Shown here piece by piece: positions 7,773 to 16,433 of a stretch of 36,591 nucleotides of DNA. The translations under genes and the position numbers were made by a program. Position 1 is the first letter of the stretch, and each line of letters begins with the position of its first letter. The notes beneath the pieces were generated by a model, which was given only the letters and a program-made list of their open reading frames with translations, made no database searches and had not been told where the DNA came from. Source of the DNA: Chthoniobacterales bacterium (GTDB lineage Bacteria; Verrucomicrobiota; Verrucomicrobiia; Chthoniobacterales; UBA10450); NCBI GenBank assembly GCA_040004385.1, contig JBDUAZ010000039.1, positions 1 through 36,591 of the forward strand, written 5' to 3'.

Positions 7773-8976
7773 CGCCCCTGGCGAAAGCATAACGCGCGGC
7801 GGCTTTGCCCGCCTGCGTTCCTGTCGAGAAGCAACCCTGTAAGAGGTAACCGCCGGTCGGCGCTTCCCAGTCGATCATCTCGCCGGCGACAAAAACGCCG
7901 GGCAATCTGCGCAACATCAAATCGTCGTCGAGTTCGCGCCAAGCGACGCCGCCGGCGGATGAAATCGCTTCGGCAATCGGCCGGGGCTGTTTTAGTGCGA
8001 GCGGGAATTTTTTGATACGAGCGATTAGCTGCTCGCGATCCGCCGCCAGATCTACGCAAAAGGTTTCAGCGAGCGCGATTGCGGCATCGTTCAGCTTCCA
8101 TGCAGCGAACCAGTCGCCTTTGTCCGTCAAATGTTCGCTCCGTTCCAACAAAACGTCCGCGGAGAGTTGCGGCTTTAAGTCGATTTCGATCCTCGGTTCC
8201 GGCATCGTCCTAAGAGTGTGGCCGAGGCGGTAGATCGCGCCCCCTTCCAAACCGTAGCGCGTGATCAGAAGCTCCCCTGAGACCGTTTCGTTTCCCGCGG
8301 TGACGGCGAGATTCTTGAGTGGCATTCCTTCCGCGCGCGCGAGGAATTCCTGCGGCCAGTCCACCTCCCATCCGCAGTTTGCTGGCGACCACGGTGTGAT
8401 CTCAATGCCGTGCGCGGCAAGAACCACCGGCCACCTGCCATCGGAACCAGTCTCGGGATAGGATGCCCCGCCAAGCGCAAGAACGACAGCAGCGGCAGTC
8501 AGCTCACGCATTCCATCGGTTGTTTCAAATCGTACACACCAGCCGACGGGCGAAGCCCTTAATTCCTGCAGGCGCTGGCCCATGCGAAACTCCACGCCGT
8601 GAGTTCGTAATCTCTCCAGCCATGCGCGAAGAAGCGCTGCCGCTTTTTGCCCACGCGGAAAAATGCGTCCGCTGGTGCCGACGTAGGTGTCAACGCCAAG
8701 CCCGTGCACCCATTCGCGCAACTCGTCCGGCGAAAACTGGCTTAACAAGTCGCGCCAGCGCTGAGGCTCATCGCAATATCGTGCAGGAAAATCCTTGAGC
8801 GGTTCGGAGTGCGTGAGATTCAATCCTCCCCGGCCTGCGATCAAAAACTTCCGGCCGGGGGAACGCTGCGTATCGCATACGATGACTTTCGTACCCGTCT
8901 CGGCCGCGACTTCGGCGGCGCGCAATCCGGCGGGACCGCCACCGATGATGAGCACAGAAACGGGATCCCCTACCAT
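7762..8976 (-). CDS. FAD-dependent flavoprotein, HI0933/BaiN-like family
   Basis: The N-terminal Rossmann motif is VLIIGGGPAGLRAAEVAAETGTKVIVCD, followed by GRKFLIAGRGGLNLTH and the C-terminal GVFVAGEMIDWEAPTGGYLLQGCFSTG typical of this family. The ATG lies at 8976-8974. Confidence 0.8.
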   Translation of the reverse strand: MVGDPVSVLIIGGGPAGLRAAEVAAETGTKVIVCDTQRSPGRKFLIAGRGGLNLTHSEPLKDFPARYCDEPQRWRDLLSQFSPDELREWVHGLGVDTYVGTSGRIFPRGQKAAALLRAWLERLRTHGVEFRMGQRLQELRASPVGWCVRFETTDGMRELTAAAVVLALGGASYPETGSDGRWPVVLAAHGIEITPWSPANCGWEVDWPQEFLARAEGMPLKNLAVTAGNETVSGELLITRYGLEGGAIYRLGHTLRTMPEPRIEIDLKPQLSADVLLERSEHLTDKGDWFAAWKLNDAAIALAETFCVDLAADREQLIARIKKFPLALKQPRPIAEAISSAGGVAWRELDDDLMLRRLPGVFVAGEMIDWEAPTGGYLLQGCFSTGTQAGKAAARYAFARGASA

Positions 8977-9058
8977 ATTTGAAACGTTAGCGCGCTTCGT
9001 TCCTGCTGGCGACGTGGCGCGAGTGGCGATCCACTCCGGTTAAGGCGAGATTCGTTCG

Positions 9059-10114
9059 ATGAAATCGGGTTCGCCACGATCGATTATCCACCTCGATATG
9101 GATTGTTTCTACGCGGCGATCGAAGTCCGTGATCGCCCTGCTTTGAGAGGCAAGCCAGTCGGGGTCGGTGGAACTCGCGACCGCCGCGGCGTGCTCACCA
9201 CGTGCAACTACGAGGCGCGCGCCTTCGGCATTCGCTCCGCCATGCCCACGTTCATGGCTCTGCAACGCTGTCCGCATCTGATCATGGTACCGACGCGGTT
9301 CGACGTTTATCGCAAAGAGTCGGCGGTGATCCGCGAAATCCTGCACAGCTTCACCGACCTGATCGAGCCGCTCTCGCTGGACGAGGCCTACCTCGACGTG
9401 ACAGCGCATCCCGGTGTACCGGGAGCATTAGCGCAGGTGATTCGTGATCTGATTTTTAGAAAAACGAAGCTGACGGCGTCCGCCGGCATTGGCCCGAACA
9501 AGCTCATCGCAAAAATCGCAAGCGACCTGAAGAAGCCGAACGGCCAGTACGAAGTGAAAGCCGCTGACGTTCCGGAATTTATCGCGCCGCTGCCGGTCAG
9601 TAAGCTATGGGGCATCGGCAATGTCACAGCGCAAAAGCTGGAACGTCGCGGAATCATGATCTGCGCGGATATGCAGCGGTTGTCGAGAATTGAGCTGCAG
9701 GAACTCTTCGGAAAGTTCGGCGTCGAACTTTACGATCTCTGCCGCGGGATTGATCACAGGCCGGTCGAGCCGAACCAGCCGCGAAAGTCGCTCAGCACCG
9801 AAGAAACATTTTCGGCCGACCTGGAAACGCTCGAACGTTGCGAAGAGAAATTACCGGAGTTGTTCGAAGAGTTAATGGCCGATCTCGCGCAAAAGGAAGG
9901 AGCCCGAACCGTCACGAAGATTTTTGTGAAGCTAAAGTTTAGCGACTTTGCTCGCACAACGGTTGAACGCGCCGGGCTTCCGCCAACACTCGACTCATTT
10001 CGCGCGCTCCTTTCGGAAGGTTTTGCTCGAACAAAGAAAAGTGTGCGTCTGATCGGTCTCGGCGTGCGTTTTGCCAGCACCGGCATTTCGGACGCTCAGC
10101 TTCCGTTGCTCTAG
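9059..10114 (+). CDS. dinB: DNA polymerase IV (Y-family translesion polymerase)
   Basis: The sequence contains IIHLDMDCFYAAIEVRDRPALRGKPVGVGG, LSLDEAYLDVT, TASAGIGPNKLIAKIASD and LPVSKLWGIGNVTAQKL. Confidence 0.93.
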   Translation: MKSGSPRSIIHLDMDCFYAAIEVRDRPALRGKPVGVGGTRDRRGVLTTCNYEARAFGIRSAMPTFMALQRCPHLIMVPTRFDVYRKESAVIREILHSFTDLIEPLSLDEAYLDVTAHPGVPGALAQVIRDLIFRKTKLTASAGIGPNKLIAKIASDLKKPNGQYEVKAADVPEFIAPLPVSKLWGIGNVTAQKLERRGIMICADMQRLSRIELQELFGKFGVELYDLCRGIDHRPVEPNQPRKSLSTEETFSADLETLERCEEKLPELFEELMADLAQKEGARTVTKIFVKLKFSDFARTTVERAGLPPTLDSFRALLSEGFARTKKSVRLIGLGVRFASTGISDAQLPLL

Positions 10115-10120
10115 TTGCGG

Positions 10121-10888
10121 CTATTGCGGTGCCCACTTCGGCGGCCGCTTCTCTAGAAACGCAGCGATGCCTTCCCGCGCCTCTTTTGATTCGCGGGCTT
10201 CCATATGGTGGCGCAACGCGGTCTCGATATCTTCCTGCACCGAAGTCGAGCAAAGCTCCTCGAGCAAACGTTTACTGCTCGCGAGCGCGCCCGGCGCCCC
10301 CTGCAGTATGGAAGCGATCAGCTTTTGCACCTCGCCGTCGAGCTCGCCAGGCGGAACGACGCGATTGACGAGCCCGATCTCTTTTGCACGATCGGCGTCG
10401 ATTAAATCTCCGGTGAAGAGAAGCTCGCGGACGTCGCGTTCGCGCAGTTGTCGGCGGAGGAATGTCAGGACCAAACCGGCGACAAGTCCGCGTTTCGCTT
10501 CCGGGTAACCAAACTTTGTCCGCTCGGCTGCGACGACGAAATCGCAGGCGGACATGATTCCGGCGCCGCCCGCAACCGCTGCCCCATGCACGGAAGCGAT
10601 CGTAATCAGCCGCGTTTGACTAATCGTCAGCAACGTCTTCGCCACCATTTCGGCGGAGCGATGCGCTTTTTCCGGTTCGCCGGCTTCCTGCAAATCGAGC
10701 CCGGTGCAGAAGGCTTTCCCTGCGCCGCGCAAAATCAGCACTCGTTGTTCGGCAACGGCGGAAACGGCATCGATCGCGTCGCAAAGTTCCGTCATCAACT
10801 CGATCGTGAGGGCGTTGCGTCGCTCCGGACGGCTCAAGGTAAGACGCGTAACTTGCGGCTGAGGCTTATCGACGAGAACGGTAGGCAT
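10121..10888 (-). CDS. Enoyl-CoA hydratase/isomerase (crotonase) family; methylglutaconyl-CoA hydratase suggested by gene context
   Basis: Crotonase fold motifs are present: LTLSRPERRNALT, ILRGAGKAFCTGLDL, VHGAAVAGGAGIMSACDF and FGYPEAKRGL. The start is trimmed to the ATG at 10888 (MPTVLVDKPQ); the 47-codon upstream extension of the track ORF would overlap the divergent lyase gene. The specific substrate is inferred from neighbours only. Confidence 0.83.
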   Translation of the reverse strand: MPTVLVDKPQPQVTRLTLSRPERRNALTIELMTELCDAIDAVSAVAEQRVLILRGAGKAFCTGLDLQEAGEPEKAHRSAEMVAKTLLTISQTRLITIASVHGAAVAGGAGIMSACDFVVAAERTKFGYPEAKRGLVAGLVLTFLRRQLRERDVRELLFTGDLIDADRAKEIGLVNRVVPPGELDGEVQKLIASILQGAPGALASSKRLLEELCSTSVQEDIETALRHHMEARESKEAREGIAAFLEKRPPKWAPQ

Positions 10889-10961
10889 GCGGGTTGAGGC
10901 CAAGGTGAAAGTGCAAGTTTCTTCGCTACCCTCAAGATAACAAGGTTCAAGGGCGCACTGA

Positions 10962-11822
10962 ATGAAAGAGGTAAAAATCATCGAGTGTCCGCGCGATGCC
11001 TGGCAGGGGCTTCCGCGCCAAATTCCCATCGAGACAAAGGTGCTGTATCTCCGCGCGCTGATCGACGCCGGCTTCCGTCACATCGATGCGGCCAGCTTCG
11101 TCTCGCCCCAAGCGGTGCCGCAAATGGCCGACAGCGAAACGGTGCTCGAGCAATTGGCGCCCCCCAATACGGTCGAGATCATCGGCATCGTCGTGAATGA
11201 AAAAGGCGCGGAACGTGCGATCGCGACCGGAGTTATCAGCACGCTTGGCTATCCATGTTCGATCTCGCCCACGTTTCTACGGCGGAATCAAAATCAATCG
11301 CCCGAAGAAAATCTTACTGTTTTGGAAAACATTCAAAAGCGGGCGCGGGAGAATGGGCTTGAAGTGGTCGCTTACGTTTCGATGGCGTTTGGAAATCCGT
11401 ATGACGATCCCTGGAGCGAGGAACGACTGATTGAGATGTCCGCGGCCATCACCGGGCTGGACATTTGCTCGATCTCGCTGGCGGATACGGTCGGCGTAGC
11501 GACACCCGAATTGATTTCCAAAACGGTGGCAGCGGTGATGCGTCAGTGCGGTAGTTATGACATCGGGGTCCACATGCACAGCGAGCGCGGCGAGGCGGAA
11601 GCGAAAGTGCTGGCCGCCTACGACGCCGGTTGCCGACGCTTCGACGCGGCTATGGGCGGGATTGGCGGTTGTCCTTTTGCGCAGGATCGACTGGTCGGAA
11701 ACATCGCGACCGAAGAAGTGCTGCAAGCGCTGACGAAACGCGGTGTGCAGTCGGCTCTGTCGCGCAAGCTGGAAAACGTCGCGATCCTCAATGCCGAGAT
11801 CAGCCGCGACTTTTCGGCGTAA
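10962..11822 (+). CDS. Hydroxymethylglutaryl-CoA lyase (HMGL-like TIM barrel)
   Basis: The sequence contains VKIIECPRDAWQG, IDAASFVSPQAVPQMAD, ISLADTVGVATP, GVHMHSERG and GGIGGCPFA. Confidence 0.85.
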   Translation: MKEVKIIECPRDAWQGLPRQIPIETKVLYLRALIDAGFRHIDAASFVSPQAVPQMADSETVLEQLAPPNTVEIIGIVVNEKGAERAIATGVISTLGYPCSISPTFLRRNQNQSPEENLTVLENIQKRARENGLEVVAYVSMAFGNPYDDPWSEERLIEMSAAITGLDICSISLADTVGVATPELISKTVAAVMRQCGSYDIGVHMHSERGEAEAKVLAAYDAGCRRFDAAMGGIGGCPFAQDRLVGNIATEEVLQALTKRGVQSALSRKLENVAILNAEISRDFSA

Positions 11823-11825
11823 CGA

Positions 11826-13454
11826 TTAGACCTGAACGACGCCAGTGTGGAAACGCGCCTTCGGCGTGGGCCGGGAAACGTAGGAGAGCAGCCTCACGAG
11901 CACCTCGCGCGTTTCGTGCGGTTGAATGATCGCATCGACCCAGCCGCGGGCCGCGCCGTAGCGGATGTCGGTTTGCTCTTCGTAAGATTTCTTTACGTTC
12001 GCGCGCAGTTCTTCCAACTCTGCCGGCGAAGATTTTTTATCTCCGCGATCTCTCGCGCGCGCGAGCACGCTGAAGACCGTGTCCGAAGCCTGCGCGGCGC
12101 CCATGACGGCGTAACGTGAGTTCGGCCACGCAACGATGAAGCGCGGATCGTAGGCCTTGCCGCAGAGCGCATAGTTGCCTGCGCCGAATGAGCCACCCAC
12201 CACGACCGTGATTTTTGGCACGGTCGAGTTGCTGACTGCATTCACAAGTTTTGCACCGCTGCGAATGATTCCGCTTTGCTCGGCGTCGCGTCCGACCATG
12301 AATCCGGTGACGTCCTGGAAGAAAATGATCGGCAAGCCGGTCTGATTGCAATCCATGATGAAGCGCGCGGCCTTGTCTGCACTATCGGCATAGATCACGC
12401 CGCCCATCTGAATGCCGTCCTTCTTCGTGCGAACTTGCATCCGTTGGCTTGCGACTATACCAACGGCGCGACCGGCGATCCGCGCGTAGGTCGTCACCAG
12501 CGTCTTGCCGTAATCGGCTTTGTACTCGTCGAGCGAACCCTTATCGATAATGGACGCGAGAAGGTCGCGCGCGTCGTAGGGCTTATGACCGTCGAGGCTG
12601 ATCAAATCATAAACTGCATCTGGTTTTTTTGCTGCAGAGCCAATCGCGTTTTTCTGCGTTTGTTTTGCATGCTCTGCTTCCGGCAGCAAACCGACGAGCG
12701 AGCGCAGACGCTTGAGGCACGAGAGATCGTCCTTCTCGTAAAAATCGACAGTACCGCTTATTTCGGAATGCATTTTCGCGCCGCCAAGCTCCTCCGCTTC
12801 GATCACCTGTCCGATCGCAGCTTTCACGAGAGAAGGCCCCGCGAGATAGAGGCCACTGCCTTCCGTCATCAGGATTTTGTCGCAAAGGACCGGCAGGTAG
12901 GCCCCGCCGGCTACGCAATTGCCCATGATCGCGGCGAACTGCGGCAGGCCGGCAGCGGAAATCACGGAGTTGTTTCGAAAGATCCGGCCAAAATCATCTT
13001 CATCGGGAAAAATCTCGTCCTGCATTGGCAGGAAAACGCCGGCTGAATCGACAAGGTAAAGAATCGGAAGCGCGTTTTCGAATGCAACGCGTTGCGCGCG
13101 GATCAATTTCTTCGCAGTTGCCGGAAAGAAAGCGCCCGCTTTTACGGTGGCGTCGTTCGCGATGACCATGCACGGAACGCCCGCGACTTCACCGATCCCC
13201 GCGACAGCGCCCGCGGCGGGAATGTTGCCCCACTGCTCGTACATTTTGTAAGCAGCCCAAAGGCCGATTTCGAAAAATGGTGAATTCTTGTCGAGGAGGC
13301 GCGCAATTCTTTCGCGCGCCGGAAGTCGTCCCATTTTTCGTTGCCGATCCTGGCCTGCCTTACCGCCACCTTCACGCAGAACCGACTCCTGTTTGGCAAT
13401 GCTCGCGCAGCGCTCGCGTAGAGTATCGGGCGACGGCGGAGCAGATGCAGACAT
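11826..13454 (-). CDS. Acyl-CoA carboxylase carboxyltransferase (beta) subunit, methylcrotonyl-CoA carboxylase beta-like
   Basis: The 542-aa product has tandem carboxyltransferase domains: ANDATVKAGAFFPATAKKLIRAQRVAFENALPILYLVDSAGVFLP, FGRIFRNNSVISAAGLPQFAAIMGNCVAGGAYLP, and the C-terminal GGSFGAGNYALCG. Substrate assignment is by similarity pattern and context only. Confidence 0.85.
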   Translation of the reverse strand: MSASAPPSPDTLRERCASIAKQESVLREGGGKAGQDRQRKMGRLPARERIARLLDKNSPFFEIGLWAAYKMYEQWGNIPAAGAVAGIGEVAGVPCMVIANDATVKAGAFFPATAKKLIRAQRVAFENALPILYLVDSAGVFLPMQDEIFPDEDDFGRIFRNNSVISAAGLPQFAAIMGNCVAGGAYLPVLCDKILMTEGSGLYLAGPSLVKAAIGQVIEAEELGGAKMHSEISGTVDFYEKDDLSCLKRLRSLVGLLPEAEHAKQTQKNAIGSAAKKPDAVYDLISLDGHKPYDARDLLASIIDKGSLDEYKADYGKTLVTTYARIAGRAVGIVASQRMQVRTKKDGIQMGGVIYADSADKAARFIMDCNQTGLPIIFFQDVTGFMVGRDAEQSGIIRSGAKLVNAVSNSTVPKITVVVGGSFGAGNYALCGKAYDPRFIVAWPNSRYAVMGAAQASDTVFSVLARARDRGDKKSSPAELEELRANVKKSYEEQTDIRYGAARGWVDAIIQPHETREVLVRLLSYVSRPTPKARFHTGVVQV

Positions 13455-13541
13455 AAACGCGAAGGACGCTTACGCTGCGCAGACGGGGGAATCAAGCCCC
13501 CGGCCGGGACGACGCCGATCGATCCGCTCGATTGTCAGCGT

Positions 13542-13844
13542 CTAGTAAACGTCGTTTTCGGACGGATATCCCGAGTCGCCGCGGATCGAGCGAAGGCGAT
13601 TGCGACTTCCGCGCTCGGATTCTGGGCGGTTGATGCGTTCGAGCGCAACTTTCACCAGCAATGGAACTGCCGCGAGCGCGCCGACCGATACCAGCGCGAT
13701 CGCCGCCGCCTGGCGAACGGGGCGCCTGATTTTATCGGCGATCAACATCCCGATACCTAATCCGAATGCGGTCCGGGTGAGCACAAGCAAACCGTCGAGA
13801 GGGATCTGCTCGGCGGTTTTTGGAATGGATATCGAGAGGGACAT
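13542..13844 (-). CDS. Hypothetical small membrane protein (100 aa, two predicted hydrophobic helices)
   Basis: The ORF fills an otherwise empty gap. It has two hydrophobic stretches (GLLVLTRTAFGLGIGMLIA and AAAIALVSVGALAAVPLLV) and a charged C-terminal tail. I recognise no family. Confidence 0.45.
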   Translation of the reverse strand: MSLSISIPKTAEQIPLDGLLVLTRTAFGLGIGMLIADKIRRPVRQAAAIALVSVGALAAVPLLVKVALERINRPESERGSRNRLRSIRGDSGYPSENDVY

Positions 13845-13859
13845 CGCATATCGTTATAC

Positions 13860-13897
13860 GTCGCGATTTAAAAAAGGAAACGGGAAATTCTCGCGAC
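13860..13897. repeat. Inverted repeat GTCGCGA-N24-TCGCGAC with an A-rich centre, in the spacer between the small membrane protein gene and manC
   Basis: Read directly: the arms at 13860-13866 and 13891-13897 are perfect reverse complements, and the spacer is tttaaaaaaggaaacgggaaattc. The function is unknown. Confidence 0.3.
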
Positions 13898-13937
13898 CCG
13901 AGCGATCGCGTTTGCTGGATCGATCCGCACCGTTAAC

Positions 13938-15011
13938 ATGCCAAATTCGATTTACACGCTCATCCTTGCCGGCGGGAGCGGGGAGCGTTTCTGGCCACTG
14001 AGCCGGCGCGCTAAGCCGAAGCAATTATTGAAGCTGGTATCCGAGCAAACGCTGCTCGAACAAACCGTGAATCGTCTTAACGGACTCGTGCAACGCGATC
14101 GCATTCTGATTCTAACGAACGTCGATCAGGAAGCCGCTGTGCGTGAATTGCTCCCTGATTTTCCTGCGACGAACATCATCGCAGAGCCGACAAAGCGCGA
14201 TACAGCAGCGGCGGTTGCGCTGGGCGTGGGCTGGGTCGCGGCGCGTGATCATTCCGCCACGATGGTCGTGCTTCCGGCCGATCACGTGATCAAGAACACG
14301 AACGCATTTCAGGAAACGGTCCGCACCGCGGCGACCGCGGCGGAAGAAACCGGCGCCCTCGTGACAATTGGCATTAAACCGACCTGGGCATGTCCCGGCT
14401 TCGGTTATATCGAAGAAGGAGCGACTGTTCGTCTGACGAGTGCAACGCCGAAAGAGGCGATTCATCAGGTGCTTCGCTTCCGCGAAAAACCAAATCCGGA
14501 TCTCGCAGAATCATTTCTGCGTAAAGGAAATTTTCGCTGGAACGCCGGTATGTTTGTCTGGTCCGTACCAAGCGTTCTCAGTGAATTCAACCGGCACACT
14601 CCGGAGCTCGCGAGGTTCATCTCGCAGCTTCGGGCGCCGGAAAATTTCGAAACGACCGTACGCGAACGTTTCAGTAAATTGCCAAAAATTTCCTTCGATT
14701 ATGCGATCATGGAAAAAGCCGACCGCGTGCTGGTGGTAGAAGCGAGCTTCGACTGGGATGATGTGGGAAGCTGGAGAGCAGTCGCCAATTATTTTAAAAA
14801 CGACCCGCATCGTAATTGCGCGAACTGTGAAATCACTGTGCTCGATGCAACAAACAACATCGTCTTCGGCGAAAATAATCTGAACGTCGCGCTCCTCGGT
14901 GTGCATGATTTGATCGTGGTGCGGACATCCGACGCCGTATTGATCTGCCATCGCCACGACGCGGAGAAGATCAAAACGCTCGTGGCCAAGCTTCCACCGC
15001 ACATGCAATGA
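13938..15011 (+). CDS. manC: Mannose-1-phosphate guanylyltransferase (no C-terminal isomerase domain)
   Basis: The N-terminal nucleotidyltransferase motif is YTLILAGGSGERFWPLSRRAKPKQLL, followed by PTKRDTAAAV, VLPADHVI and FGYIEEG. The 357-aa length fits the transferase-only form. Confidence 0.88.
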   Translation: MPNSIYTLILAGGSGERFWPLSRRAKPKQLLKLVSEQTLLEQTVNRLNGLVQRDRILILTNVDQEAAVRELLPDFPATNIIAEPTKRDTAAAVALGVGWVAARDHSATMVVLPADHVIKNTNAFQETVRTAATAAEETGALVTIGIKPTWACPGFGYIEEGATVRLTSATPKEAIHQVLRFREKPNPDLAESFLRKGNFRWNAGMFVWSVPSVLSEFNRHTPELARFISQLRAPENFETTVRERFSKLPKISFDYAIMEKADRVLVVEASFDWDDVGSWRAVANYFKNDPHRNCANCEITVLDATNNIVFGENNLNVALLGVHDLIVVRTSDAVLICHRHDAEKIKTLVAKLPPHMQ

Positions 15012-15481
15012 GCGCGTTCGTTGTTCGCAAGCGAATTCTTGGGATTGATTTCGGCCGCGCGCGCATCGGCGTTGCGGTGTCGGACGAACTTGGAATGCTC
15101 GCGCACCCGGTAGAAACGATCCCGACGAGCCGTGGCAACCCGGCGACGCGAATTTGCGAAATTGCTGCGGAAAAGAACGTCGAGCGTGTCGTCGTAGGGC
15201 TACCGCGGCACATGAGCGGTGCATTGGGCGATGCGGCGGCCGAAGCTCTCGCCTTTGTTGAGAAACTGCGCACCGCTCTTCCGTGCGAAGTAGTTACGTG
15301 GGACGAACGCTTGACGACTGTTGCCGCGAATCGCGCGTTGCGCGACAACGGGCAGAAGACGCGCAATTCGCGCGGCATTGTCGACCAGGTGGCAGCGCAG
15401 ATGATTCTGCAAGGTTATCTCGACGCCTTGCAGGACCAGCGCGATTCTGAAGCCCGGAATGATTTCCGGTCCGGCCAGTAA
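15008..15481 (+). CDS. ruvX: Putative pre-16S rRNA nuclease / Holliday junction resolvase-like protein YqgF
   Basis: The sequence contains ILGIDFGRARIGVAVSD, VVGLPRHMSG and WDERLTT. Its ATG overlaps the manC stop (ATGA at 15008-15011). Confidence 0.9.
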   Translation: MSAFVVRKRILGIDFGRARIGVAVSDELGMLAHPVETIPTSRGNPATRICEIAAEKNVERVVVGLPRHMSGALGDAAAEALAFVEKLRTALPCEVVTWDERLTTVAANRALRDNGQKTRNSRGIVDQVAAQMILQGYLDALQDQRDSEARNDFRSGQ

Positions 15482-16231
15482 ATGCCCGCGCGGCTGAAAA
15501 TCGTCATTTCCTACGACGGCGCGACCTTCGCTGGATGGCAAAGCCAGCCGCAGGGCGACACGGTTCAAGACCGACTCGAGGCGGCAGTGCAACAGATCTG
15601 TGGAATGCGCAGCGGGGTCCATGGTGCGGGTCGGACCGATGCGGGCGTGCACGCGCTTGCGCAATGTGCCCATTTTGATGCGCCCGACCGGCGTTTTTCG
15701 CCGGCGCGTTGGATCTCAGCGCTAAATGCGCTTCTTCCGCCACAGATTCGAGTAATGCGGGCCGTTTACGTTCCCAAAACTTTTCACGCTCGTTTTTCCG
15801 CTTCCGGCAAGGTCTACCGTTATCGCATTTGGACCGGACGGGTATTGCCGCCTTTCGAACTCGGACGCGCGTGGCACGTGGCAACGGAATTGGACTTGGG
15901 CAGGGTTACATCTGCCGCTCATATGTTCGCCGGCAGACATGACTTCGCTGGGTTTGCGGCGAATCGCGGCAGACGTGTGGAGAACACTGTGCGCACGCTC
16001 CGCAGCATACGCGTGCGCCGCGTGGGAAGCCTTCTCACGTTGGAGTTCGATTGCGATGGTTTTCTCTACAAAATGGCGCGGATGCTGACAGGCTCGATTA
16101 TCCGGACTGCGATTGGCAAGGAATCGATGCGCGATATTCGCGAGCGCCTCTCCCATCCAGTGCGCTCCGCGAACGGACCTCGATTCGCGGCCCCAGCCGA
16201 CGGGCTTTTTTTGGTCCGGGTGAAGTACTGA
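15482..16231 (+). CDS. truA: tRNA pseudouridine(38-40) synthase
   Basis: The sequence contains KIVISYDGATFAGWQSQP, the catalytic GAGRTDAGVHA, and YRYRI. It starts immediately after the ruvX stop. Confidence 0.93.
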   Translation: MPARLKIVISYDGATFAGWQSQPQGDTVQDRLEAAVQQICGMRSGVHGAGRTDAGVHALAQCAHFDAPDRRFSPARWISALNALLPPQIRVMRAVYVPKTFHARFSASGKVYRYRIWTGRVLPPFELGRAWHVATELDLGRVTSAAHMFAGRHDFAGFAANRGRRVENTVRTLRSIRVRRVGSLLTLEFDCDGFLYKMARMLTGSIIRTAIGKESMRDIRERLSHPVRSANGPRFAAPADGLFLVRVKY

Positions 16232-16433
16232 GGTTGCTTACTCGTTTCTACCGCCGGCAAACGCTCTGCTCAAATGGCTCCTCAATCCCCCGATCAAATA
16301 CCTCCACTTATAAAGTAATATCAATGTATAAAATGCTGTAACACAGGATATTCTCCAGAATGGCTTTGAATGAAATAAAGAAGCTAGCTGCGGTGCGCCC
16401 GATAGGCTTTCGCGGGGGCGGAAGCTGTTCGCT

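Noticed and set aside
13484-13502. A GC hairpin (cggggg-aatcaag-cccccg) considered as an intrinsic terminator downstream of the small membrane protein gene.
   Set aside because: No U-tract follows on the minus strand (gtctgcgcagcg), so it does not fit a canonical Rho-independent terminator. It is noted only within a finding.
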